Assembly: GCA_002269645.1 (NCBI GenBank)
Contig: NIVC01000012.1
Location: 1,054,001-1,118,000 of the forward strand
Length of the DNA stretch: 64,000 nt
Direction: 5' to 3'
From: Macrostomum lignano
Taxonomy: Eukaryota
A program made the position numbers and the translations under genes. The notes beneath the pieces were generated by a model. It did no database searches. It was not told the DNA's origin and saw only the letters and a program-made list of their open reading frames with translations. Every line of letters begins with the position of its first letter. The stretch's first letter is position 1. Shown here one piece after another: positions 24,718 through 43,434 of this stretch.

Positions 24718-27700
24718 ATGGTCGATATTGGGCGTCGCTCCCGTTCCCAACCAGTCGATGACGTCACAGAATCGGAACTGCACAGACTGTTGGGTTGCAT
24801 GCTTGAGAAAGCTTACACCAGCCGTCTGCTTACTGACTTGCCAAACTCATCGCCATTGTCTGGTTCGGGAGGCTCCGAAGCTGCCGCTGCACTTCTAGCC
24901 AGCAGCAATTGTCGGGAACTGATTGAGTTGGACTACAAACTGCACGGCTGTTTAGACAATACCGATGGCCAGTTGTGTGACACTTATCCGCCATATTTGT
25001 TTTTGCCTAGCAGCTGTTTGAGGCGCCGGCCTGAGCAGGAGTTAGCATATCCGGATGACTTCTATGCCGTGTGCAAATCTGCTAGTAAGGCCCGGGTTCG
25101 AGGCCGCTTCCCGGCGCCTGCGCTCATGTTTGAGGGCAAACTGGTGTGCCGGTCTTCAGCCCTGAGTGCTTGGCCTGAAGCTTATTCTAGGTAGGATTGT
25201 GCAGTGTTGAGGAGGGAATCAGAGAGAGCAGAATGAGGGAATCAGAGAGAGCAGAGTGGGGAATCAGAGAGAGCAGAATGAGGGAATCAGAGAGAGCAGA
25301 GTGGGGAATCAGAGAGAGCAGAGTGGGGAATCACAGAGAGCAGAGTGGGGAATCACAGGGAGCAGAGTGGGGAATCACAGGGAGCAGAGTGGGGAAATCA
25401 CAGAGAGGGCAGAGTGGAGGAATCAGAGAGATGGCAGAGTGGGGGAATCAGAGAGGGCAGAGTGGGGAATCACAGGGGGCAGAGTGGGGAATCACAGGGA
25501 GCAGAGTGGGGAATCACAGGGAGCAGAGTGGGGAATCAGAGAGGGCAGAGTGGGGAATCAGAGAGAGCAGAGTGGGGAATCACAGAGAGCAGAGTGGGGA
25601 ATCACAGGAAGCAGAGTGGGGAATCACAGGAAGCAGAGTGGGGAATCACGGAGAGCAGAGTGGGGAATCACGGAGAGCAGAGTGGGGAATCACGGAGAGC
25701 AGAGTGGGGAATCACGGAGAGCAGGGTGGGGAATCACGGAGAGCAGAGTGGGGAGTCAGAGAGGGCAGAGTGGGGAATCAGAGAGAGCAGAGTGGGGAAT
25801 CACAGAGAGCAGAGTGGGGAATCACAGAGAGCAGAGTGGGGAATCACAGAGAGCAGAGTGGGGAATCACGGAGAGCAGGGTGGGGAGAATCACGGAGAGC
25901 AGAGTGGGGAATCACGGAGAGCAGGGTGGGGAATCACGGAGAGCAGAGTGGGGAGAATCACGGAGAGCAGGGTGGGGAATCACGGAGAGCATTCCCAAAC
26001 CATCCTCTGCCAACAGAAGCGCCATCGGGGTGGTGTCGTCCTGGTTTTCTTCTATGAGCGTCGGTAGAAAATCCACGCCCAATTCTATGGCGCCGACCTC
26101 CGGCGAGTCAGAGGCGGCTGACAGCGAATCGGTTGCCTCAGCAACCGGTATTAGCAGCAATAGCTTCTTTGACCGGACCAGGGGCAAGGACATGGCCCTA
26201 TTAGACTGCTTGCGTGTCAGACAAATTGTCGACTTAACAGTGGAGGCTAAGTTCTACAAGTACAGAGTGCCCTTGCCATTATCGTCGACGGAGAAGATTG
26301 ATAAGAGAGGACGATACAAGTAATTCTTTGTGGTTTCTATTTTAAATGTGTTGTGTGCTGTTACAGACAGTTGGTATTAGTGACTTTAATGTCATTGACA
26401 GGCGAAATAGCTTTATTGGGAAATCCCCACCTACCCCAGACTGTACAGTAGGAAAATCCGCCCACCCACCCCAGAGTGTACAGTAGGGAAATCCACCCAC
26501 CTACACCAGACTGTACAGTAGGGAAATCCCCCACCTACCCCTGACTACAGGACGAAAATCCGCCCACCCACCCCAGAGTGTACAGTAGGGAAATCCACCC
26601 ACCTACACCAGACTGTACAGTAGGGAAATCCCCCACCTACCCCAGACTACAGTAGGAAAATCCGCCCACCCACCCCAGAGTGTACAGTAGGGAAATCCCC
26701 CACCTACACCAGACTGTACAGTAGGGAAATCCCCCACCTACCCAGACTACAGTAGGAAAATCCGCCCACCCACCCCAGAGTGTACAGTAGGGAAATCCCC
26801 CCACCTACACCAGACTGTACAGTAGGGAAATCACCCACCTACCCCAGACTACAGTAGGAAAATCCGCCCACCCACCCCAGAGTGTACAGTAGGGAAATCC
26901 CCCCACCTACACCAGACTGTACAGTAAGGAAATCCCCCACCTACCCCAGACTGTTCAGTAGGAAAAAAATCCCCACACCCACCCCAGACTGTACCGTAGG
27001 GAAATCCCCACACCCACCCTAGACTAGGGAAATCCCCACACCCACCCTAGACTAGGGAAATCCCCACACCCACCCTAGACTAGGGAAATCCCCATCCAGC
27101 TTAGAATGTACAGTAGGGAAATCCCCGCACCCACCCCAGACTGTACATAAAGAAAATTCCCATGCACTCCCCCCTAACTTAATTGCTCTCACTGAACTCC
27201 CTCATTACAGAGACTACAAGCTATGCGTGATTCCTTATCCCGGCTGCGAATTCTTCCGCGTCTGGTCCATCGGTCACGGCCTATCGATGTCCGGCGTGCA
27301 TTTCGCTTGGCACAACCCGTCAGTCACCGCCCAGTTAAGATTCGATGACCAGCTGCCATTGTGCGCTGTAGACATCGACTGGCAACGCTATCGAGACTGG
27401 GACCTGACCAGGCTGACCGCTAACTACATGCGCCTGCTGTTAGGCTATCTGGTTGAGTTCCCAGACGATGGCGGCATTATGCTGCACTGCGTCAGCGGCT
27501 GGGACAGGACGCCAATGTTTATCAGCCTGCTGAGGTGCCTGCTCTGGTCTGAAGGCCTGTGCCATGCCAGTCTGAGCGCAATGCAGTTGCTCTATTTGAC
27601 CCTGGCTTATGATTGGTTCCTCTTTGGTAAGTTGTCGGCCATAGACATTCTAGTGTTTCATAGCCTAGTGGTCTAGCGCGGCGCTCTGATGTACCAGCGG

Positions 27701-29137
27701 TCCGGGCTCGATTCCAAGTGCAGTCACATTGTCGCTAGTCAGTGCTTTTAGATAATGTTTTGTCTATGGTAAAAACTGTCGCAACTTTGATTTCACTTTA
27801 TAGCCTGTGGTTCTAGCGTCACTTCTGGATAATGTCCTTGAGTTCTGGATAATGTCCACGACTTGTTTTATCATTGTCTATGACAAAACCATATACACAA
27901 ACACATTGTCTCATGAATGTATTTTTAGAAGCCTAAAATAATGATTCCTAAGCGTGGAATAATGAGCGTACAGCATGACACAATGAAGCTAGACAAAGGT
28001 CGGAACTCAGGATAATGGGTGGGGGCACTCGTGCGTTGAATTCAGCAACACCATAGACACGCTACGCGCACTCGTGATCTAGGCGTTGCTGAATTTAGCA
28101 CACTCGTGCCCCCACCCATTATCCTGAGTTCCGACAAGGGTCCGGAGGGCTGACAACTTAATTCTTGTTTGAGAAGTTGCGCAACAAAAAATGACTTTGT
28201 ACTCCTACTGTTAATTTAGAGCGAAAGTGGAATCTCGGCTTGGCTCTGCTCGTGCAATTAACGCCCAGTTAGAGGGCCAACCCCCAAGGCACAGTGAAGT
28301 GTACATTCCTAACGATAAAATAAAGTTAGGGCCGCTGTACACTCCTGTGTGAGTGTGTGCCTGCGCGTATGGCTGCACTCAACACATTGTGCCAATTTGC
28401 CACACTTTTCCGGTTATTTTAACACACTTTTGAGCGGCCAATTCTTTCACACTTTCAAATTTGATTTGATTGGACGAGAGATGGGGTGGGTGAACTGGTT
28501 GGTCACTTTGGCAGAGAGTATGATGTACATTGATTACTGGTGGCGAGGGCCAGAGGAATGGACAATCAGATAAGAAAAATAGACGAGTCTATAACTTAGT
28601 CATAAACTTTTAATTAGTTTAATAAAATCTCATAGCAGTATGCCTGCTCTTATCAGTTATAGAAATCTGCTGGTGTAGCCGCTAAATGGTGTGTAATAAT
28701 GGCCTTTTTGACTGGATAAAAGTTTCTTTACAAAGTCGCCTAAAGTGCGTCAGGGTGCACGCAGCCCCCTAGACTAAAACTGGCTGCCTATATACAGGCC
28801 CTATAATATTATTGAATAACATCGACGCCCAACACTCGCAGGCCACCGCCTGCCAGACCGGATGCAGAAGGATGAGTGCGTGCTGCACTACTGCTTCCAC
28901 TTTCTGCACTCCGTTAGCCGGGACCGGCATCTGTCCATGCTGCGCTGGTATCCGCATCTGCAGAAGCCCCAGCAGCAGCAGCAGCCTCAGCAGCTGACTG
29001 ATCGAACTGTCCGTCTCAGGCAGCTGTGCGACATCTTTTTCAGCGCCTATTCGAATGCTGAGAAGCGTCGAGCTGCCGCATTAGCCGCGGCCAACTCGGC
29101 CAGTGCTGATCAGTTCAATGGCAGTCAGCTGAGGTAG
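24718..29137 (+). CDS. MTMR14: Myotubularin-related protein 14-like phosphoinositide phosphatase; join(24718..25190,26017..26319,27211..27626,28842..29137), 495 aa
   Basis: Motifs ARVRGRFPAP, SSTEKIDK, IPYPGCEFF, catalytic HCVSGWDRTP (CX5R), AYDWFLFGHRL; all three introns GT-AG with compatible phases (2,2,1). Confidence 0.92.
25207..25990. repeat. 22-bp minisatellite (GAGCAGAGTGGGGAATCACAGA)n in MTMR14 intron 1
   Basis: Direct reading. Confidence 0.93.
26420..27150. repeat. ~34-bp minisatellite (CTGTACAGTAGGGAAATCCCCCACCTACACCAGA-like) in MTMR14 intron 2
   Basis: Direct reading; variants recur as a higher-order unit. Confidence 0.9.
27661..28375 (+). mobile_element. tRNA-derived SINE split by a ~480-bp insertion (head 27661-27730, body ~28212-28375)
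   Basis: Head TAGCCTAGTGG...GGCTCGATTCCAAGTGCAGTCACATT; the 11-kb copy joins CACATT directly to AATTT..GGAATCTCGG. Confidence 0.7.
27999..28135. mobile_element. 137-bp hairpin MITE nested in the split SINE
   Basis: 30-bp perfect inverted repeat GTCGGAACTCAGGATAATGGGTGGGGGCAC plus inner TGAATTCAGCAAC arm; AAG on both flanks. Confidence 0.72.
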
Positions 29138-29219
29138 TCTTCCCTCCCTGAGTCTCCAAGGCTGAACTCTTAATAAACTTTTAAATATTTTATTTGCTCC
29201 TTTCAGTTAAAACAATTGT

Positions 29220-29640
29220 GTTTAGCATCGGTTTATTTGTGTTTACAATCTGTCTATTTGTGTTTGAAATCAGTCTGTGTGTGTTTAAAATCAGTCTGTG
29301 TGTGTTTAAAATTGGTCTGTGTGTGTTTAAAATTGGTCTGTCTGTGTTTAAAATTGGTTTGTTTGTGGTTGAAATCGGTCTGTGTGTGTTTAAAACATCG
29401 AAGTGTCTGTTTTTAACATCGCTTTGTGTTTACTATCTGTCTGAGTATGTTTAATATCTGTCCAGTTGTGTTTAGTACCTGTTAGAATGTGTTTAGTGTC
29501 TGTCTAAGTGTGTTTAACATTGATCTATGTATGTTTAACATCTTTCAAGTTGTGTTTAATGTCTGTCTATGTGTGTTTAACATCTGTCTAAGTGTATTTA
29601 AAATCGTTCTGGGCGTGTTTACTATCTGTGTAAACGTGTT
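29220..29640. repeat. Degenerate ~20-bp tandem repeat (TGTGTTTAAAATCGGTCTG-like)
   Basis: Recurring GTGTTTAA core. Confidence 0.75.
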
Positions 29641-30017
29641 TAGTTCATTCAGTTTCTAGAAAGATTTACGTTTAAATCGATTTCAGGCGTTTTAGTACAA
29701 GTAATAATCGAGTAATCGAGTGTAAAAAACAAAACGATTCAACGAATGAATGTTTCTTCAAATATTCTAGTATTTGTCCTGCAAGCTCTGCTTTGCTGTT
29801 TCATGCAAATTGTTAGTTTACCCTACTAATTTAGTGCATGACTTTTTATTTGAGTGTTATCGAAGATTTTCTATGCAGATTTTATATTTTACTACTTAAA
29901 GTATATGTAATTTGTGTTAAAACTACTTTCTAATACACAATAGATTTATTGCATCTAGTTGTTCTAAAAAATTTTCTAACCTTATTGTAAATCAATAATA
30001 GTTATCACCTTTTGGGT

Positions 30018-30571
30018 ATCGCCTGTTAGACAGGGGTGTCACCTGTTAGAGAGGGGTGTCACCTGTTAGACAGGGGTGTCGCCTGTTAGAGAGGGGTGTC
30101 ACCTGTTAGACAGGGGTGTCACCTGTTAGACAGGGGTGTCACCTGTTAGACAGGGGTGTCACCTGTTAGACAGGGGTGTCGCCTGTTAGATAGGGGTGTC
30201 ACCTGTTAGAGAGGGGTGTCACCTGTTAGACAGGGGTGTCACCTGTTAGAGAGGGGTGTCGCCTGTTAGACAGGGGTGTCACCTGTTAGAGAGGGGTGTC
30301 ACCTGTTAGAGAGGGGTGTCACCTGTTAGACAGGGGTGTCACCTGTTAGACAGGGGTGTCGCCTGTTAGATAGGGGTGTCACCTGTTAGAGAGGAGTGTC
30401 ACCTGTTAGAGAGGGGTGTCACCTGTTAGACAGGGGTGTCGCCTGTTAGACAGGGGTGTCGCCTGTTAGACAGGGGTGTCGCCTGTTAGACAGGGGTGTC
30501 ACCTGTTAGAGAGGGGTGTCACCTGTTAGACAGGGGTGTCGCCTGTTAGACAGGGGTGTCACCTGTTACAG
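30018..30571. repeat. 20-bp minisatellite (CACCTGTTAGACAGGGGTGT)n
   Basis: About 27 units. Confidence 0.95.
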
Positions 30572-30976
30572 GTATGTATGACTATAAATCAACTGTAACC
30601 TTTGTAAGATGTTATCTGTAATCCTGGCAAGCCTTTTCTAATGGTTTTATATTCAGTAGTCTGTGATCATTTAGTCAATTGCGTAAAAACTTACAATGTA
30701 TGCTGTTTTAATTGTTTGCCGGTAAGCAAAAAAGTTTATAGTTTTTTTCATTAATACCGATACCGATACCAATGCCGATTTTATATCTTTCTTTGTGTCG
30801 TCTTTCTCTATCAGGTGGATTTTGTCTGTCTTATTCCTGTGTACCACCAGTAATTCTAATTGTCATTGTAAAAATGCGAGAAAATGGTTATCATTTTTTA
30901 TTTCTAGAGTTCAGGAAATTAGTACCTTTATTTTATAAGAATTTATCAATTTTTATCAAATCTAGAAGTAATTTCT

Positions 30977-31236
30977 ATGCCAGTCCTCAAAATGAAAGCG
31001 CCATTTCCATGCCAGTCCTCAGAATGAAAGCGCCATTTCCATGCCAGTCCTCAGAATGAAAGCGCCATTTCCATGCCAGTCCTCAAAATGAAAGCGCCAT
31101 TTCCATGCCAGTCCTCAGAATGAAAGCGCCATTTCCATGCCAGTCCTCAGAATGAAAGCGCCAGTTTTTATGCCAGTCCTCAGAATGAAAGCGCCATTTC
31201 CATGCCAGTCCTCAGAATGAAAGCGCCATTTCCATG
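30977..31236. repeat. 32-bp minisatellite (CAGTCCTCAGAATGAAAGCGCCATTTCCATGC)n just upstream of frataxin
   Basis: About 8 units. Confidence 0.92.
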
Positions 31237-32664
31237 TCGGTCCTCGCTTCATATATATTTCTAAACTTGAGGTCCAAATTAAATTTTTTTCAGCATCGCC
31301 TCCAGCTTCCCATCCGTCATCTGCTCTCTCGCAGAGCTCTGACCACCTGCAGCCAATTAGCAGCTGTCAATCAGATTGGAAGCAAATCTATTCCCTATGC
31401 TTGTTGCGTTCAAGCGCTAAACCCACCTATTCGGTATTCGATTGGTGTAGTACCGAGTTCGATTCGATTGTTGGCCAGCTCAACTGAGTCCGGTGGTTCC
31501 GCTAAATCGTAAGTTAATCTTGCTGCTAGCAGCAGAACAGCCTGCCCTCAGACCCGCAGCAGAACAGCCTGCCCTCAGACCCACTGCAGAACAGCCTGCC
31601 CTCAGACCCACTGCAGAACAGCCTGCCCTCAGACCCACTGCAGAACAACCTGCCATCCCTGCCCTCAGCCCCACTGCAGAACAGCCTGCCCTCAGACCCA
31701 CTGCAGAACAGCCTGCCCTCAGCCCCACTGCAGAACAGCCTGCCCTCAGACCCACTGCAGAACAACCTGCCCTTAGCCTCAGACCCACTGCAGAACAACC
31801 TGCCATCCCTGCCCTCAGCCCCACTGCAGAACAGCCTGCCCTCAGACCCACTGCAGAACAACCTGCCATCCCTCCATCCCTACCCTCAGACCCACTGCAG
31901 AACAACCTGCCATCCCTGCCCTCAAACCCGCAGCAGAACAACCTGTCCTCAGCCCTCAGACCCGCAGCAGAACAACCTGCCCTTAGCCTCAGACCCGCAG
32001 CAGAACAACCTGCCCTTAGCCCTCAGACCCGCAGCAGAACAACCTGCCCTCAGCTCTCAGACCCGCAGCAGAAAAAACTGTCCTCAGCCCTCAGACCCGC
32101 AGCAGAACAACCTGTCCTCAGCCCTCAGACCCGCAGCAGAACAACCTGTCCTTAGCCCTCAGACCCGCAGCTGAACAACCTGCCCCCTGCCCTGCCCTCA
32201 GACCCGCAGCAGAACAGCCTGCCCTCAGACCCACTGCAGAACAACCTGCCATCTTTTCCCTCAGACCCGCAGCCGAGCTGTCCCTCGGAGATTTCGAACA
32301 CGTCACAGACGAAGTGCTGGAACGAATCGCCGATAAAGTTGACGATCTTCTATCAAAATCAGCTGACTCAAGCGACTATGACGTCACGCTGGCAAGCGGC
32401 GTGCTCACTCTGAGTCTCGGTGAGCACGGAACCTACGTGATCAACAAGCAGACGCCGAACCGGCAAATATGGCTGTCTTCGCCAACCTCAGGACCGAAAC
32501 GATTTGATTACAGTGCGGACAGTGGCGAGTGGACTTACTCTCACGATGGTTCCAAACTGCACCAGTTACTGACTAAGGAACTGAGCGAAGTGTTTCAACA
32601 GCTCAACTCTGACACTAATATTGATTTTACTGACTGTGCAGTCTATAAATTGGATGGTTCGTAA
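31234..32664 (+). CDS. FXN: Frataxin with mitochondrial presequence; join(31234 or 31294..31508,32265..32664)
   Basis: DVTLASGVLTL, GTYVINKQTPNRQIWLSSPTSGPKRFDY; phase-2 donor TC|GTAAG at 31509 matches acceptor CTTTTCCCTCAG|A at 32264; exon 1 is Arg/Leu/Ser-rich with almost no acidic residues; start codon uncertain. Confidence 0.9.
31530..32270. repeat. 27-bp minisatellite (CAGAACAGCCTGCCCTCAGACCCACTG)n filling the frataxin intron
   Basis: Direct reading; runs into the acceptor. Confidence 0.92.
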
Positions 32665-35600
32665 AGAATATGACTCAATTTATTTACTGCAACAATGCCG
32701 CTATATCGCATACTTCTCGTAGTTTTTTCTAAAAGTAACACCATTATTAATTATAAGAAACTGATTACCACAATTATTAGAGAAAAATAGAAAAAATATG
32801 CATTTCTTGACCTACACGTATACTACTTACGATGCACTACTAATAAGTAGTTAAATAAATGACATCGTCCCACAAGCAGCGCTGACTCCTAAGCACATCA
32901 TACACAAGTCAGATCTGGACTCTAGACAGGATGAGTCACCGATAATTGGACAACCGGAATTATCAGCCTCTGGCTCACGACAACAAAGTTGGTGGGTTGT
33001 ACATGTCACATGCCAGTCTTCCAGCGGCACTATATATAGATCAATAATCAGCAATAAGCAATATTAAAAAGATCAGCAATAATAAAAAGAAGAAATAAAT
33101 TATAACAATTTCTGATGCTAACATTGTCTATGAGCTGAAGTAAAAATTTTGAGTTACATTTCGAGCTTCTGGCGATCCAGCTATATTATTATTCATTCCT
33201 GACTGGATTGCTACGACAACTACGAAAGATCAACACTGATACTTTGGTTGATATTAGCGAAATAGAGACTGGTTTATCCACCAGATTGGTCTGGGGAGAT
33301 TCATTTGATTTGATCGCCTTTGTCATTTGGATATACCAGTTTCAGTTTCAGTGTCATTTTGAACCTGCTTTTTTCCATTATTCTGTCGTTGGGTTCAAAA
33401 AAGCATGACAATCGGCAGTTCCTCTTTTTGGCCTTGAGTAGTCAATCTTTTAACAGCGTGGGTGTTTGAAGGTAAGCGCGAAGGTGGCATCGTTGGACAT
33501 GAATCATCCCGTACCGTTCTGTCTGTCTGGTAAGGGCAATCAATCTATTTCGGCACTGCGGCTGTCCATATTAGGCGTTGCGTTCTTTCTCTGACTATTT
33601 TAAAGTTCTCGTCGACATAAAATTCTAACGCTGCCCCATAATTTATCTGCTGACCGGCGGGCGACTCAGTTGCGATACCATCTCGTTTTTTAATCCACTA
33701 TGGTCTCGCAATTCCTGATTATGTGTTGCTACACTTTCTTGCAGGGGTATGCATTGATGACACTGCTATTGGCAAGAAAAATGATCAACTCTCCAGTCAA
33801 ATTTCTCAGTCACAAATTATCTACATGTATTTGTCTATGGCCCAAGCCTGTCTTTGTTCCATATAGGCTATCAACTTTAACTTGAGAAATTCAGAAAGCA
33901 GAACTGACCATGGACTAACAGCCTTTACTGCTGGTAATTTTTGGAGTCTATGGTAAAAGAAAAGTTATGTGCTGCATATAAAGTAGCCGTTCCTGCTGAG
34001 CTTGGTCAGTAGCGCTGATCATTTACGAAAAATGGGCGAAATAAGTCCATTATCTGCAATGAAATGCAGCGATTCGGTTTCAGCATTCTCTGATATGACA
34101 TCATCAGTCTCAGAATCCGATGTATGCAAAATGTTCATGGTTGTAGCTGATTTACTTTTCAATAAAATGATGCACTACTCGAATTAAGTGCTTATTAAGT
34201 AGGTGCAGTGCTTTATCTTTCAAAAAGGCCGGCTTGCAGATTTTAAACGGAACCGTAGTGTCTATAGCTAGATATCGAGTGTACACACTGCATAATCTAT
34301 TTAGAGAGCATAAGTAAAATGCGCTTTGAAACTGCTTTTTTCGACCCTAGATTTGTCCAAGCCGAGTCCAAAATGTTCCATTCTCGGCTAGAAAGTCTAG
34401 AAAGGCCATTCTCAGCTACAGGGGGGGGGCAAAGCTTATTAGCTATAGTCTTATGGTCAGCCCAGCTGACCATATCGGCAGGAACGGAGCTTTTGTATTG
34501 TAGTTCCGGCGCGAAAAGGTTAAATATCCAATTGCATGTGCAATGCCATATGTACATGTATATATTTGAATATCAATTGATCCAGACGTGCAAAAGGGCC
34601 ATAGACAGGCATACATAGACAGTTCAATATAGTCAAAATTAGAGTTAAGAGAGTTTTTATTATTAACTGGAGCTGACCTTCTATGGCTTTTGACGATCTA
34701 AATGTGAATTTGAACAATTAAAACGGGAGGCCATAGACATTCAAGCCGCAGATCACATCCCAGTCATGGACTTAAGCAGTTTAGCCAAGGAGTTCTAAAT
34801 CTAGCAGCTGGAATGACAACTGAAATATCAGCTATACAAGATGAGGCCAAGATTAGAGATCGCAAGCGTGCGACGTAAACTGCAGAGTATTTAAAAAGAA
34901 AGATCGTATTCGTATATCATTTCAACTCGTTTGGCTAGGTAAATCTCGTCGATCAATAACACCACTGTCGTCTCATAGGCATGTAGTCTGTTGTAGCACA
35001 ATTTGAGATAGTCAGAGAGTTGTCCGGACCTGTAGACCCCATCCTCCTTGTTAATTTTCGAAGGATGGCAGTATTAGCGATTTGGTCTCCAGAAGCCGCT
35101 GATAAGCAGCCGGACTCAGAAAACAGAATATAAAGAGAAAACGATCAGTAATAAAATCTGATTCCGTGAAGTGAAGAGAGCAAATTCGAGTGTGCTTCGA
35201 TGGCTTGAAAGTTGCTTCTCAGGAAATGCTCTTTAATCATTTTTCCAGCAGGTCGTCTCGATTCGGAAACTTGTGGAATGAAATCCTCGCTGACCGTGCC
35301 GTTGCCGACTCGCTGCCGGACTTGCAGCCAAAAACGGCGCATTTATTTGGCATGCAGAGGACGCAGAGACTTGGCTTCAGGAAAGTCACTCTGGCAAATT
35401 AGTGCTTACAGGCTAAGACAAAATAAAATTCTTCTTTCTGGCAATCTAAGTTGATGCGGCAAGCAAAATCCTATGTCTGTGGCAATCGCAGTAAGCCTTA
35501 TCTTGTATAAAGAAGTCCTCACCGCTATTTCAGTTGTCATTCCAGTAGGCCGGATTTAGAATTCCTTGGTTTAGCAAAGTCCACTGAGGGAGGCTTGGCC

Positions 35601-35767
35601 ATAGACTATAACTTTGGACATTCAATGGGAAAAAGCAAGGAATTCTAAATCTAACAACTAGATTTGCTAGATTTAGAATTCCTTGGAAAAAGCCATTCAA
35701 AACGGGAATCGGACTGAAATTTTATTTCCCTGTCTGCTCATCTTTGGCCTGAAAGCGACCCAATTCA

Positions 35768-35941
35768 ATGATGGCACCACCAATTCCTGTGGCAGATCGC
35801 CAGCGGCTGATTGATGCGATTCAACAAGGGTCATCCATAGCAGGAGCTGCAAGAATTCTGCAAATCAAGAAAACAACCGCATTCCAAATTGTTGCCAACT
35901 TTCGACTCGATGGCAGAGTGGAATCGCTTCGTCGTTACTGA
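35768..35941 (+). pseudogene. Truncated Tc1/IS630-like transposase N-terminal HTH fragment
   Basis: Hand translation MMAPPIPVADRQRLIDAIQQGSSIAGAARILQIKKTTAFQIVANFRLDGRVESLRRY*; no DDE domain follows. Confidence 0.6.
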
Positions 35942-36088
35942 GTTCTGAGTTACTTTTGTATTGCTTCCGGGCCCTTTGTTCTCTTTTAAATATTCCAGTG
36001 GCCCTGAGATATAATTTAAAGTACATTAAATTAAGCGAATTCCCGTTTTGAATAGCTTTTTCCCATTCAGCGCGCCTGCCATGGTGTG

Positions 36089-41785
<5,697 letters not shown>

Positions 41786-42574
41786 CTGCAAATACCCAGT
41801 TTGCATTTATTATACCCAGATAAATATATGGTTGAAAATATTTACGTCATTTTAAACAATATTAAAACCGACCTCCAGTGAAGTTCCCAACCCCCCCCCC
41901 CCCCTAATCCCCAACATAAGACCAGAAGATCCGCGGTGGAGGGCGTGTCCGCTTGCAGCTTAATCCCACCAGCTTAATATTTTAATGCTGACTTTGGCAA
42001 TACAAATTAGTCTTTATAGATTGTGGCTTTTCTCTTGACACGTTTCTGACAGCTCTTCAAAAAGCTTAGCTATTTCTAGGCAGGCAGCTTTGGCTGTGCA
42101 ATCATTTTTTTTCGCTTTCCGGATAGGAAATGACTGAGGAAGACTTCCTTTTTAGCAGTCAACTTTTAGATTGCAAACTTAAATGATAAATATTTGGCTC
42201 GCAGAAAAAAATAAACTGATATTTTATTGTTTCCGTATTCTCACGGACTCTCCTGCCAAGCCCTGCATCCACCACGTCACTCCACTGTGTCCCCTGTCAC
42301 TCCACTGTGTCCCAGCTGTCACTCCACTGTATTCCAGCTGTCACTCTACTCTATCTCAGCTGTCACTCCACTGTCTCCCATCAGCTGTACCATATCCTGA
42401 TGTTCACTACAGTAACCTGAATGTGTCCCAGTCTCCACCACCGTTACACAGCTGTTTTGAAATCATCTAGAAGGTGCTCCATCATTCCTTCCTTCGACCA
42501 TAAACTACGGGACAAAAATACAGATGTGACATTAATAAATCATAACCTACCAGTTGCGAAATTTGAACCAGCAT

Positions 42575-42958
42575 TAGATTTGATGATGAGATGCGATAAT
42601 TTGATGATGAGATGCAATACTTAGATGATGAGATGCGATACTTAGATGATGAGATGCGATAATTAGATGATGAGATGCGATACTTAGATGATGAGATGCG
42701 ATAATTAGATGATGAGATGCGATAATTTGATGATGAGATGCGATAATTTGATGATGAGATGCAATACTTAGATGATGAGATGCGATAATTAGATGATGAG
42801 ATGCGATACTTAGATGATGAGATGCGATAATTAGATGATGAGATGCGATACTTAGATGATGAGATGCGATACTTAGATGATGAGATGCGATACTTAGATG
42901 ATGAGATGCGATAATTAGATGATGAGATGCGATAATTAGATGATGAGGTGCGATGATT
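42575..42958. repeat. 21-bp minisatellite (AGATGATGAGATGCGATAATT/ACTT)n
   Basis: About 18 units. Confidence 0.93.
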
Positions 42959-43434
42959 AGTCCGTGGTTAGCATGAAATCTCTCAATTCAATCTAACACA
43001 TAGTCATAATTCATAATCTGACTCTAAAGAACTTTCCAGACAAATGTTGCTTTGCAATTAGCCGATACGTCAACATTTTTGGCGCCGAACTTGATGTATT
43101 AGGCTAATCCGGCAGCTTAGATAAACGTCGACTGTTGATACGACAAATGATGAATAAATCTATTGCATGAATAGTATAAACCAGACATATACCGGTGGCT
43201 TATATGGTTCTGAAAAATCTCCTTTTTGCTTTTAGCCATCCATCCAATCAACTCTGTATGTCCTCAGAGGTAGGGGTTTAAAATCAGTCAGATAGGTCTG
43301 TCTGTAGGTCTATCTGTAGATATGAAAGTAGTAAACGGATTGTAGACAGATTTTTGCTATCTCTGAGATAAATGATGTGTGTAAATGTCTCCATGAGTCA
43401 ATGTGTTCGTCACGAAATGCTATACTTGAGTTTC

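Noticed and set aside
25197-26067. ORFs of GESRRAEW repeats
   Set aside because: Lie in MTMR14 intron 1; only 26017-26319 is exon
31493-32155. 220-aa PTAEQPALR repeat ORF as a separate gene
   Set aside because: Intronic repeat of frataxin; ends in a stop and is not in the exon-2 frame
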